Of a stretch of DNA of 64,000 bases, positions 54,602 to 63,618 are shown one piece after another. The notes beneath the pieces were generated by a model. It worked only from the letters and a program-made list of their open reading frames with translations. It was not told the DNA's origin and searched no databases. The stretch comes from Thermodesulfovibrionales bacterium (GTDB taxonomy: Bacteria; Nitrospirota; Thermodesulfovibrionia; Thermodesulfovibrionales; SM23-35). Each line of letters opens with the position of its first letter. The first letter of the stretch is position 1. The stretch covers positions 8,756-72,755 of the forward strand of contig JBAQLU010000241.1 in assembly GCA_049302065.1 (NCBI GenBank). Direction: 5' to 3'. Both the position numbers and the translations under genes were made by a program.

Positions 54602-55495
54602 TTGTTCCATAGTACTTTCAGTCCAAAATCCAGAAATGGTTTTACCCTTTTAGAGGTTATTGTTGTGATCGGCATCATCTCTTTGATGGTCGGAATCCTC
54701 GTGCCGATGGTTTACAGAATATGGGAGAGCAATGAGATCGATATTACAAAGGAGAGAATGAGAGATTTGAAAATAGCAATGGTTGGTGATCCGAAATTAA
54801 TACAGAATGGAGTGAGGACGAATTTTGGTTTTGTTGGGGATAACGGACAACTGCCCGATAACGGAGAACTTCCCGGTACTATTTCAAATGCCCTTTTGCC
54901 TCATATGCCTTCGGGTTATAATCCTAATAAGTATAATAAAGATGCATGGGGCAAAGAATTTGAATATAAGATTGTAGCTACGGACGCTGAAGGCCGAAGA
55001 GTTTCTGCTACATTAAAAAGTGCAGGACCAGATGGAATTCTCGGAGGCTTAAGCACTGATGATATTGATGAAGTTATTGCACACAAAAATTATACTCCAG
55101 ATGCTTTTATTGCTGCGGGAGAAGTAACTCCAGCAAATATAATTCAGGGGAATGTAAGCATTATGCTTCAGACCGCACCTGTTGCAGCTAAAAATATTTA
55201 CATAGGAGTTTCAGTGAGGTATAGAAGCGGGGATGGTACTTTGACCACTAAAATCTGTTGTGACAATAATATGAAGACAATATCTGGAAATCCCGACAAC
55301 ACCCAGGTAAATTATTCGCAGAATTTTAACTGTACTCCTGTGAATAATCTGCCCGTTGGGATAGCATATTTAACACCAGGGCTGTTTTCAGATAATTCAT
55401 GCAATACCAGTTTAGGTGGAACTCCGCTTGAACTGGCAACAAGTGTCAATAACATCTCTATATTCGTAAATTTACAGATTCAATCGGTACCGTAA
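54602..55495 (+). CDS. Large GspG-like pseudopilin with prepilin cleavage/methylation motif and Cys-containing C-terminal extension
   Basis: TTG 54602 gives MFHSTFSPKSRNG|FTLLEVIVVIGIISLMVGILVPMV, a class III signal. GspG-type motif 'DAWGKEFEYKIV...LKSAGPDGILGGLSTDDID' is followed by ~150 extra residues with 4 Cys. The start is uncertain, as the ORF is open from 54491. Confidence 0.7.
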   Translation: MFHSTFSPKSRNGFTLLEVIVVIGIISLMVGILVPMVYRIWESNEIDITKERMRDLKIAMVGDPKLIQNGVRTNFGFVGDNGQLPDNGELPGTISNALLPHMPSGYNPNKYNKDAWGKEFEYKIVATDAEGRRVSATLKSAGPDGILGGLSTDDIDEVIAHKNYTPDAFIAAGEVTPANIIQGNVSIMLQTAPVAAKNIYIGVSVRYRSGDGTLTTKICCDNNMKTISGNPDNTQVNYSQNFNCTPVNNLPVGIAYLTPGLFSDNSCNTSLGGTPLELATSVNNISIFVNLQIQSVP

Positions 55496-55554
55496 AAATT
55501 GATTATGCTATTAATCATTAAATATCTTAAAAGTTGTTTAAGTTTCTTAGTTCT

Positions 55555-55618
55555 GTCATTCTGGCTTGTCCAGAATCTTTCTTCGCTTACAAAAAGATTC
55601 CCGACAAGCGGGAATGAC
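55555..55618. repeat. Family-A MITE-like palindromic repeat (right flank of pseudopilin gene)
   Basis: gtcattctggcttgtccagaatctttcttcgcttacaaaaagattcccgacaagcgggaatgac, in the same orientation as the copy at 54419. Confidence 0.85.
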
Positions 55619-55653
55619 AACCTAACTTATCAACCATTGGAACAGAGTTCGCC

Positions 55654-57090
55654 ATGAATTCGTTCGGTATTGATTTCAGAGATGGCTGCCTGAGAATCCT
55701 TGCATTAAAGGATGGCTCGGTCAGGTATGCAAAAGCAGTAAGGAATTTTTCCGTGAGCGATCCAAAATCCGCACAGGAAAAGCTGTCCTTATTATTAAAA
55801 GAGGCTGGCATGAAAAGAGAAAAGGCTTGTGTCATTCTTCCCAACGATATTGTCAGGAATAAGCTTTTACAGGTACCTGCAATGGGGCCTGAGGACACAA
55901 AGATATTCATTAAAAGAGAAATATCAAAGGAACTGAAGGGCCAGAAATTTGCCTGCGGGATCAGAAGACTGGTCTCAGAAAAAAGACCTCCATCAGGTGG
56001 GCAGTATATCCTTGCAGATTATGTGCTTGCTGCTGATGCCCTGACTTATCTGGATTTCCTGAAAAGCTGTGGCATAAAGCCGGCTGTCATGGCGAGCGGG
56101 CTTGAGGGGAATACGCACATGTTCAATAAATTCAGACCTGAAATAGATGAAAATGAGGCGGTTCTCGACATCGGCATGGACATGGTTGAAGTTGCAGTCT
56201 TCAGAAACAGAGAGCTGGTTGATCATGAGAAGATACCCATACCGCAATTACGGGATGAAGATGTTAGCGGCAGTTTGCCCTCTGAGCAGTCAGAAAAAAT
56301 AAGGTCTTACAGAGCCATCGATACACTGTATAAATTCATCATGTCATACAGCAAGGATCATCCGGAAGAAAAACTCTCAGCGCTCTGGGTCTGTGGCATC
56401 GACTCTACACTGGATGGACTTGCGAATTCCATAACCGAGGGTCTGGGAATACCCTGCAGGCTGATAAACCCTTTTGATAAAGATACTGAGGATGCGAGCG
56501 TTTTCACTTCCCTAAAAGGCATATCTGAATTAACAGATAAAGACGTCTGCATTAACCTGATCCCCGAAGATCTTCTTACTGCAAGGAAAAAGTTATTAAC
56601 GCGGGTGTTGCTTGCTGCTTCTCTTGTATTTTATATGGTTCTGATTGCCGGCGGTTTTGCCGTTCTGAATCGTTCGGAAAAGGAGATGAAATTGCTGTTC
56701 GAAAAAGTTAAGGCAGACGAGGCTCTGAGAATCAGCAAACATAAAAGTGAAGATATTTATTATGCCGGACAGGATACTTTTGCGAAATTAATCTCCAGCA
56801 GCCCGGGCCTGTATAATGTATTCAGAGATATTGCAAACCTGACTCCGTCAGAAGTGATGCTCACTGACATTAATGCTAAGGGTTCATATGACGGAACTGT
56901 TCTTACACTCACTGCAGTAATACAATATACCGATGAGAATTTTAAAAACGCTGTACTGAGCAAATACCTGACAGCGCTTGACCGTTCATCAGGCATGAAG
57001 AGGACTTCAAATCCGGAAATTTCAATGCCCCGCACCACTTCATCTCAAAAAGAAGTTTTAGTGAAGGTCAATTATAAGGTTACCCGATGA
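55654..57090 (+). CDS. PilM-PilN fusion-type (GspL-like) assembly protein: cytoplasmic actin-like domain + TM + periplasmic domain
   Basis: 478 aa. N-terminus 'FGIDFRDGCLRILALKDGSV' resembles the PilM start. A single TM helix 'VLLAASLVFYMVLIAGGFAVL' lies near residue 320, followed by a ~140-aa periplasmic tail. Confidence 0.65.
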   Translation: MNSFGIDFRDGCLRILALKDGSVRYAKAVRNFSVSDPKSAQEKLSLLLKEAGMKREKACVILPNDIVRNKLLQVPAMGPEDTKIFIKREISKELKGQKFACGIRRLVSEKRPPSGGQYILADYVLAADALTYLDFLKSCGIKPAVMASGLEGNTHMFNKFRPEIDENEAVLDIGMDMVEVAVFRNRELVDHEKIPIPQLRDEDVSGSLPSEQSEKIRSYRAIDTLYKFIMSYSKDHPEEKLSALWVCGIDSTLDGLANSITEGLGIPCRLINPFDKDTEDASVFTSLKGISELTDKDVCINLIPEDLLTARKKLLTRVLLAASLVFYMVLIAGGFAVLNRSEKEMKLLFEKVKADEALRISKHKSEDIYYAGQDTFAKLISSSPGLYNVFRDIANLTPSEVMLTDINAKGSYDGTVLTLTAVIQYTDENFKNAVLSKYLTALDRSSGMKRTSNPEISMPRTTSSQKEVLVKVNYKVTR

Positions 57091-57626
57091 ACAGACAAAA
57101 AATCTTATTTCTGGTGATACTTGCGGCAGTGATTCTTTCAGGCATAATATTTTTCTTTTATGCCAAATCTGCATTTTCATCAATAAAAAACCTTAGGGCT
57201 TCAATAGAGGAGTTTCAGAAAAAAAGCCATGAGGATTTGGAAAAAAATACAGGAGTGATACAGAATCCTGAGGAATTATTCCCTGAAAAAGGCAATATTA
57301 GCGAATTTATAGAAAACGCTTACAGGACTTCCAAACAGCGGGGGGTCAGGAACCTGTCATTCGAACAGAAGACAACAGAGTTCATTGATCTGAGTTCCGG
57401 AAAAGTTTTGAAATCCATTCCTGTTTCCGGAAAGAAACCAAGAGTTATCTATGTGTATCCTGTCAAATTCAGCTTTGATTCAGGCTTCAGGAATATGGCA
57501 GAATTCATACGGGAGATACAGAATCAGAAGAGGCTGGTCACGATACAAAGCCTGACAGTAAAACGTGACATAGATCACCTTTCAACAGATATGGTTATCG
57601 CTGTTTATTCTATGGAGGAGAGATAA
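57087..57626 (+). CDS. PilO/GspM-like bitopic assembly protein
   Basis: 179 aa with an N-terminal TM helix, coiled coil and ferredoxin-like tail. ATGA overlap with the upstream gene. Assigned mainly from position and topology. Confidence 0.45.
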   Translation: MNRQKILFLVILAAVILSGIIFFFYAKSAFSSIKNLRASIEEFQKKSHEDLEKNTGVIQNPEELFPEKGNISEFIENAYRTSKQRGVRNLSFEQKTTEFIDLSSGKVLKSIPVSGKKPRVIYVYPVKFSFDSGFRNMAEFIREIQNQKRLVTIQSLTVKRDIDHLSTDMVIAVYSMEER

Positions 57627-58108
57627 TGCTGGGGAATAAGTACGTTGCTGCTGCTGTCGGTGTTATACTTATTCTTGTGTTGGCCTATAATATTAAATTC
57701 TTTACTGCAAAAAGCAGGCAAAATGAAGTTACAGCAGGAAAAGGCGCTGAAACCTTACAACGGCCTGAACCTGTCATGCCAAAAGCACCTGTAATCATTT
57801 CCGAACAAGAGGATAAAAGCACATGGAAAAGAGACCCGTTCAGCCTGCAGGTATTGCTGCAAAAGAAAACTGCATCTAAAATACCCCAGAAACCGGATAT
57901 CAGCGAAGGGATCCATCTTACGGGCATTATAAAACGTAATGGCAAAAGCCTTGCATTGATCAACGGCAAAGTCTACAGGGAAGATGACAGGATCGGGGAT
58001 GTGGTTATCAAAGCCATAACAAAAAAGGGAATTGTTATATCATCAGGTGATCAGAGCAAGGAAATATCTTTTGAGGATTATAAGCTCCTTAAGGAGAAAT
58101 CAAAATGA
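57626..58108 (+). CDS. PilP/GspB-like bitopic periplasmic protein
   Basis: 160 aa with an N-terminal TM helix. The C-terminal 'LTGIIKRNGKSLALINGKVYREDDRIGDVVIKAITKKGIVI' pattern is typical of GspB/PilP-type secretin-associated proteins. Overlaps both neighbours. Confidence 0.45.
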   Translation: MLGNKYVAAAVGVILILVLAYNIKFFTAKSRQNEVTAGKGAETLQRPEPVMPKAPVIISEQEDKSTWKRDPFSLQVLLQKKTASKIPQKPDISEGIHLTGIIKRNGKSLALINGKVYREDDRIGDVVIKAITKKGIVISSGDQSKEISFEDYKLLKEKSK

Positions 58109-59769
58109 AAAAGCATTATTGTATTCTCTTGACGTTAATTATTCTGGCATTAGGCTGTGCCACTCCAAGGACATCACAGGTTCCTGAAACAATGGTGCTG
58201 AAGGAACCGCCGAAATTAGAGGTACCAAGGGTAAAACCCCAGCCGCCCAGGGCAGAGGAATTTCCTCCCTTAAAAGAGACAGGCCATTTTTCACTGAACG
58301 TCAGGGATGTTGACCTCAGAGATATCTTCCTGCTTTTGTCACAAGACAGCGGAGTGAATATCATAGCAGACCAGGATATCACCGGGAAGATCTCTATAGA
58401 TTTTGCAAATCTTGATCTTTACAGCGCCCTCTATGCAATAACAAGGCAGCTCGGCCTGACCTTCAGGATGGACAAGGGATTCATCAGGGTCAGCAAACCA
58501 CGTTTGGAGACAAAGACGTTTCAGTTCAATTATATAACCGGCAAAAGATCCTCTTCGAGCACCATGAGCGCTGCAATCTCCCAGGGCGATAACTCAGGGG
58601 GAGTAAACGCCGGAAGGTCGACAAGCATAAATATTTCGACTACGCCTTCCGCTGCACAGTCAGGAGGGGCAACAGCATCATCAACAGCACAGGGGAATGT
58701 CAATGTCACGACAACAGGCATTTCTGACCTATGGAAAGAGCTCAGAAGAGGGCTTGAGGTCATCATATTCGGTGATTCAAAGGGCGGCTCAGAAGGAGAC
58801 AGCAGTTACAGCCGGGGTGATATTTCAGGCAAGAAGCTCATAATCATCGAATCAGCAGGAATCATACAGGTTAATGATTTTTCGGACAATATGGAAAATA
58901 TCGAAAAATTCTTAACCGATGTTGAACGGTCTATCAGGAAACAGGTTTTGATACAGGCACACATCATAGAGGTAACCCTGAATGACGGTTATAGGCTGGG
59001 AATCGACTGGGAATTGCTTTTCAGAAACAGCACGGAAAGCTTCTCTCTGTCACAGAACCTGATGAACCAGCCTCCAACCGGCGTATTTGTTTTAGACTAT
59101 CAACTGAACCTTCCGTTGAAAAATATAACCGCACTGCTCGATGCAATGAAAGATCAGGGCCAGGTGAAAGTGCTTTCAAGCCCAAAAGTTGCAACCATGA
59201 ATAACCAGAAGGCTGTGATCAAGCTGACTACGAAAGAGGTATCATGGGTAACGAACAGTTACCTGAATGCCGACGGCACCATTGTACTTTCCTATACAAA
59301 CCCGCAAATTGACGAGGTTGGATTGTTTCTTGATGTTACCCCCCAGATAGATGACAATGGTTTGATCACCATGCAGATCCATCCGAGCATATCTGATAAA
59401 GTGCGGGAATCGGTATCCCCTGATGGAAAAAGCACAAAACCTGTAATAGACGTCAGGGAAGTGGATGCGATGATTAAGGTGAAGAACGGACAGACAATCC
59501 TGATCGCAGGACTTATCAAAGAGAAGATCGGTGATACCACACGAAGTGTCCCTGTATTGGGTGATATTCCGATCATTGGGACTCTTTTTAAACGGGTGAC
59601 ACAGGATAAATCTAAGGTCGAACTGGTAATCCTTCTGACACCGTACATCCTGACAGATCAGTCCATTGAAGATATCCGCAGAGAACACGAGGAAAGACTG
59701 AAAAATACAGAAAGGCCTTTTGAACCAGTGCCTGCGCTACCGCAGAAAACATTAGAGATGAAGCAATAA
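58105..59769 (+). CDS. Secretin (PilQ/GspD family) lipoprotein
   Basis: 554 aa with lipobox 'LALGC'. N0-like 'VDLRDIFLLLSQDSGVNIIADQDITGKISIDF'. C-terminal secretin signature 'VPVLGDIPIIGTLFKRVTQDKSKVELVILLTPYIL'. Confidence 0.9.
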   Translation: MKKHYCILLTLIILALGCATPRTSQVPETMVLKEPPKLEVPRVKPQPPRAEEFPPLKETGHFSLNVRDVDLRDIFLLLSQDSGVNIIADQDITGKISIDFANLDLYSALYAITRQLGLTFRMDKGFIRVSKPRLETKTFQFNYITGKRSSSSTMSAAISQGDNSGGVNAGRSTSINISTTPSAAQSGGATASSTAQGNVNVTTTGISDLWKELRRGLEVIIFGDSKGGSEGDSSYSRGDISGKKLIIIESAGIIQVNDFSDNMENIEKFLTDVERSIRKQVLIQAHIIEVTLNDGYRLGIDWELLFRNSTESFSLSQNLMNQPPTGVFVLDYQLNLPLKNITALLDAMKDQGQVKVLSSPKVATMNNQKAVIKLTTKEVSWVTNSYLNADGTIVLSYTNPQIDEVGLFLDVTPQIDDNGLITMQIHPSISDKVRESVSPDGKSTKPVIDVREVDAMIKVKNGQTILIAGLIKEKIGDTTRSVPVLGDIPIIGTLFKRVTQDKSKVELVILLTPYILTDQSIEDIRREHEERLKNTERPFEPVPALPQKTLEMKQ

Positions 59770-59804
59770 AAATCTCCGTCTTTCGTATTTAAGTTGAAGA
59801 AACC

Positions 59805-59883
59805 CTGGATTCCCCGATCAAGTCGGGGAATGACATTCTTAAGTGCATGTTTTTTCGTCATTCCCGCGGAGGCGGGAATCCAG
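59805..59883. repeat. Two family-A half-elements in inverted order
   Basis: ctggattccccgatcaagtcggggaatgac (59805-59834) and gtcattcccgcggaggcgggaatccag (59857-59883). Confidence 0.7.
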
Positions 59884-60004
59884 TCATCCTTCTCATTCGA
59901 TGTTCTTCAACTTTTTTCGAAAGAACCTAAAAACCTGAATGTTTATATACTGAAATTCTTAGAGTCTTCAGCCTTTTTCATCTTTCCTGTTGCCCTTGCT
60001 ATTG

Positions 60005-60541
60005 CTATTGCAGTCTCATCCCGATATCATCGCCTAATACTGTCGTGCTGAATGATGGAGTCTCAACCTGGCCATTCGCTCCTGCTGACAGAATCCAGAC
60101 CGGATTGCCTGCTATCACAAACGAATCTGCATTTGTGATATAAGTGTTTCCCCAGGGATCTGCAGTAACCCTTGTCATATATGCTCCTTGCCAGTTGTTA
60201 TAACACCCGTTTGTATCGGCTGATAAATGGTCGTTATATGAACTTGTGACACCGGCATCAAATCCAAGGCCTGCAAGATTGGGAGGCAGATTTCCGTCAC
60301 CTGTCAGCAGGGTAACATTCGGTGCGCAGCCATTATCCATGTTAGGCCACTTGGCCGTATCTTTTTTGAATACTACTATTGAAGTAGCTATTGACCTCAC
60401 ATCAGCATATCCCTTTGTGGACCTTGACGCTTCAATCTCCTTCAGAACCATGGGCACTAAGATACTGGCAAGTATTGCAATAATTCCGACAACGACAATT
60501 ACCTCAATAAGCGTGAAGCCCTTCCTGTTATCGATTCTCAT
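60005..60541 (-). CDS. Type IV pilin / GspG-like pseudopilin
   Basis: 178 aa. 'MRIDNRKG|FTLIEVIVVVGIIAILASILVPMV' is a prepilin motif. C-terminal 'DPWGNTYITN...ILSAGANGQ...GDDI' is GspG-like. Convergent with the secretin operon. Confidence 0.85.
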   Translation of the reverse strand: MRIDNRKGFTLIEVIVVVGIIAILASILVPMVLKEIEASRSTKGYADVRSIATSIVVFKKDTAKWPNMDNGCAPNVTLLTGDGNLPPNLAGLGFDAGVTSSYNDHLSADTNGCYNNWQGAYMTRVTADPWGNTYITNADSFVIAGNPVWILSAGANGQVETPSFSTTVLGDDIGMRLQ

Positions 60542-60730
60542 AGCATTCCTCCTTTTTCAATATGGTTATTATATCACTCTTAATGAAGCAGATAAATACT
60601 CTATTGGACCTCACCTCCTTTATTCACTTTGTAAACCATAGTCAAATCATATCTAAAAAAAATAAAACAAGCAAATATTTTTTTAAAATGAACCTCCCCG
60701 CCGCAGAGACGGCGAGGTATCTTAAAATCT

Positions 60731-60820
60731 CCCCTCCCTTGAGGGGAGGGGATGAAGGGGAGGGTGAAAACGGCTTCTTAATCACCCCCACCCTTACCCT
60801 CCCCCCTTAAGGGGGAGGGA
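60731..60820. repeat. Family-B G/C-run palindromic repeat element
   Basis: cccctcccttgaggggaggggatgaaggggagggtg...cacccccacccttaccctccccccttaagggggaggga. It shares modules with 2839-2919. Confidence 0.75.
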
Positions 60821-60945
60821 AGTATATAGTGCAGTGGATATAAATTTGACAAATAATGCATTTTGTACGATTCTTTATTGTATGGAAATCGTATTCTGAT
60901 GGCATAGTTTTGACAATTGCTCGATTCATGACAGGGGGGCAACAG

Positions 60946-62868
60946 ATGAACGACATTAACAAGACAAAAACAGAGCTCATTGCAGAGTTGAAAACTTTGC
61001 GCCGTCAGTTTCAGAAACTGGAAAGAGAAATAAAGAAATCAGCGCATGAAAAAGATGGGTTTCTGAAAACCCCCTGCACAGAGGAGGCATTGAGAAAAAA
61101 CAGAAAGAAGTTCACGGCCGTGTTTGACGGTATCAATGATGCCATTGCTATCCATGGCCTTGAGGGGCGCTTCCTTGAAGTAAATGAGACTCTCTGTGAG
61201 CGTCTTGGCTACAGTCGCAAAGAATTATTACATATGACCCCAGAGGATATAGACACTGAAGACAACGCCGCTCTTGTAAAAGGCAGAATAAAGTTGTTGC
61301 AACAAAAGGGACATATCACCTTTGAGTCAGTTCATGTGCGCAAAAACGGGACAACATTACCGGTTGAAGTTAATAGCCGGATCATTGACTATTCCGGGAC
61401 AAAAGCAGTGCTTAGTGTTGCCCGTGATATCACCGAACGTAAGCAGGTAGAGGAGGCACTAAAGGAGAGTGAGGAGAGACACCGCCTATTTGCTGATTCA
61501 ACATCAGACATGGTTTATGTTAAAGACGATCAGTTACGACATTTACTGGCTAATAAGGCCCTTCTATCATTTCTTGGCTTAGAAGAAAATCAGGTTATCG
61601 GCAAAACATCATTTGAATTAATGCCTGAGCATGTTGCGGAACAATGCACAGAAACAGATAAAAAAGCATTAGAAGAGGATAAATTGATCGTTTTTGAAGA
61701 AAAAATAGGTGATAGAATTTTTGAAACTCGAAAATTCCCTATAAAACTCAGCCATAATATGATAGGTCTCGGAGGGTCTATAACGGACATCACCGAGCGT
61801 AAGCAGACAGAAGAGGCGCTGAAGGCGAGCGAAGAGAGATACAGCACCATGATCAATTCCTCGCCGAATCTTGTGCTTGTACATAAGAATGGCATTATTC
61901 ATTACATCAACGAGTTCGGAATGAGAATAACGGGGTATCACAAAGATGAGATTATCGGCAAGTCGATGTTTGAATTCCTTTCTGATGATTCAAAAGAGTT
62001 GGCTGTGAAAAATATGCAGCGCAGGATTTCCGGGGAAGACGTTGAGAATTATGAGGTGAAAGTTATTACAAAATCAAAAGGTATAAAATATTTCCTTGTA
62101 TCTGCCGCTATTATCCCCTATGAACAAGACAAGGCTTTCCTGACGGTGCTCTCTGATATAACCGAGCGCAGGGAGACAGCGAACAGACTTGAGCAATATC
62201 GGGAACGTCTCAGCGACCTCGCGTCGCAATTAGCTCTCGCCGCAGAAAACGAGCGGCGTCTTTTTGCGGATGAACTGCATGATATCACCGGACAGAATCT
62301 TGCGCTGGCAAAGATCAAACTCTCCGAACTCAGAGACTTAACAGGTAATGAGGATACGGGAAATATAAAGGGCAGACTCGATGATGTGTTGAAGCTTATT
62401 GATGAAGCGGTTATATCAACCCGCTCACTTACATTCGAACTCAGTCCTCCGATCCTCTATGAACTCGGTTTCGAAGCCACAGCCGAATGGTTCGGAGAGC
62501 AGATATTGAAGAGGTATAATATTGCATTCCATTTTGAAGACGACAGGGAGCACAAGCCGTTAACGGATGACATGAAGGTCCTCCTGTACCTTTCGCTGCG
62601 GGAGTTAATCGTGAATATTGCGAAACATGCAAAAGCCCGTAATGCAACCCTGTCGATACGCAGGGAGAGCGATAATATCCATATATCGCTCTCTGATGAC
62701 GGTACAGGGTTTGATGCATCGGACATGGATTATCAGATTATGAAATCTGCAAGTTTTGGCCTGTTCAGCACAAGGGAGCGGATTGAAAGACTGGGAGGCC
62801 GTCTCAATATTTCGTCGCAACCGGGACAGGGGACAACAGTGACGATGATTGTGCCGTTGAAAGAATAA
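60946..62868 (+). CDS. Triple-PAS sensor histidine kinase, HisKA_3 (NarX/DegS-type) + HATPase_c
   Basis: Three PAS modules ending in 'DITERK/R'. H-box 'FADELHDITGQNLALAK', then 'NIAKHAKA', 'DDGTGF' and 'FGLFSTRERIERLGG'. ATG 60946 (MNDINKTK...), preceded by gggggg, is preferred. The ORF is open from 60856. Confidence 0.85.
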   Translation: MNDINKTKTELIAELKTLRRQFQKLEREIKKSAHEKDGFLKTPCTEEALRKNRKKFTAVFDGINDAIAIHGLEGRFLEVNETLCERLGYSRKELLHMTPEDIDTEDNAALVKGRIKLLQQKGHITFESVHVRKNGTTLPVEVNSRIIDYSGTKAVLSVARDITERKQVEEALKESEERHRLFADSTSDMVYVKDDQLRHLLANKALLSFLGLEENQVIGKTSFELMPEHVAEQCTETDKKALEEDKLIVFEEKIGDRIFETRKFPIKLSHNMIGLGGSITDITERKQTEEALKASEERYSTMINSSPNLVLVHKNGIIHYINEFGMRITGYHKDEIIGKSMFEFLSDDSKELAVKNMQRRISGEDVENYEVKVITKSKGIKYFLVSAAIIPYEQDKAFLTVLSDITERRETANRLEQYRERLSDLASQLALAAENERRLFADELHDITGQNLALAKIKLSELRDLTGNEDTGNIKGRLDDVLKLIDEAVISTRSLTFELSPPILYELGFEATAEWFGEQILKRYNIAFHFEDDREHKPLTDDMKVLLYLSLRELIVNIAKHAKARNATLSIRRESDNIHISLSDDGTGFDASDMDYQIMKSASFGLFSTRERIERLGGRLNISSQPGQGTTVTMIVPLKE

Positions 62869-62915
62869 AGGATTCAAGCGGATAAGGGTTCAAGGGGTCA
62901 AGGGGTCAAGGCACG

Positions 62916-63076
62916 AAAAGAATAGACTACAGACCGAAGACCGTAAGAGGAGAGATTCCGGGTCAGGCCCGGAATGACGGATTGGGGCAGTGTTTTTGTC
63001 ATTCTGAACTTGATTCAGAATCTTGTCTTACGGGTATGGATAAAAAGAATAGATTGCGGATCAAGTCCGGAATGAC
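62916..63076. repeat. Family-A repeat array, left of the GIY-YIG gene
   Basis: Contains a half element (62954-62978), a full element gtcattctgaacttgattcagaatc...ggatcaagtccggaatgac (62998-63076), and a preceding 8-bp tandem aaggggtc x3 at ~62888-62912. Confidence 0.8.
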
Positions 63077-63096
63077 TATATGATGAATAAAGTACC

Positions 63097-63381
63097 ATGA
63101 GTTATTATGTTTATATTCTCACAAATAAACAAAACGGTGTTTTATACATTGGGGTAACCAATAATCTGGAACGAAGAATGTATGAACATAAAAATAAACT
63201 TATGGAAGGGTTTACGAAAAAATATAATCTTGGAAGATTAGTCTATTTCGAAGAGACAGATAGTATTGAAAGTGCCATTAAGAGGGAAAAGCAGCTAAAA
63301 AATTGGAGAAGGGATTGGAAGACGAAATTAATCAATGACTTTAACCCAGATTGGAAGGATTTGAGCCCAGATTATGGATAA
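63097..63381 (+). CDS. GIY-YIG nuclease family protein (stand-alone URI domain)
   Basis: 94 aa. 'YYVYILTNKQNGVLYIGVTNNLERRMYEHKN' (GIY...YIG...R...E) plus 'KREKQLKNWRRDWK'. Confidence 0.85.
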   Translation: MSYYVYILTNKQNGVLYIGVTNNLERRMYEHKNKLMEGFTKKYNLGRLVYFEETDSIESAIKREKQLKNWRRDWKTKLINDFNPDWKDLSPDYG

Positions 63382-63392
63382 CAGATAAGTAT

Positions 63393-63605
63393 AAAAAGAA
63401 TAGATTCCGGGTCAAGCTCGGAATGACGGCATGCGGGTAGTGTTTTTGTCATTCTGAACTTGATTCAGAATCTTGTCTTACGGGTATGGATAAAAAGAAT
63501 AGATTCCGGATCGAGCTCGGAATGACGGCATGCGGGTAGTGTTGTGTGTCACCCTGAACCTTGTCCTGAACTTGTTTCACGGATGGATTCAGGGTCTGCT
63601 GTGAC
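63393..63605. repeat. Family-A repeat array, right of the GIY-YIG gene (two ~99-bp tandem units)
   Basis: Units start at 63393 and 63492 (aaaaagaatagattccgg...). There is a full element at 63448-63526 and a diverged element gtcaccctgaacc...ctgctgtgac at 63548-63605, ending 14 nt before the regulator start codon. Confidence 0.8.
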
Positions 63606-63618
63606 AGATTGGAAATTT

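Noticed and set aside
62880-63610. Possible CRISPR array (regularly repeated ~99-bp units and many dispersed palindromic repeats)
   Set aside because: The repeats are long nested palindromes without unique spacers of uniform size. The copies are dispersed genome-style, and no cas genes or leader sequence are present.
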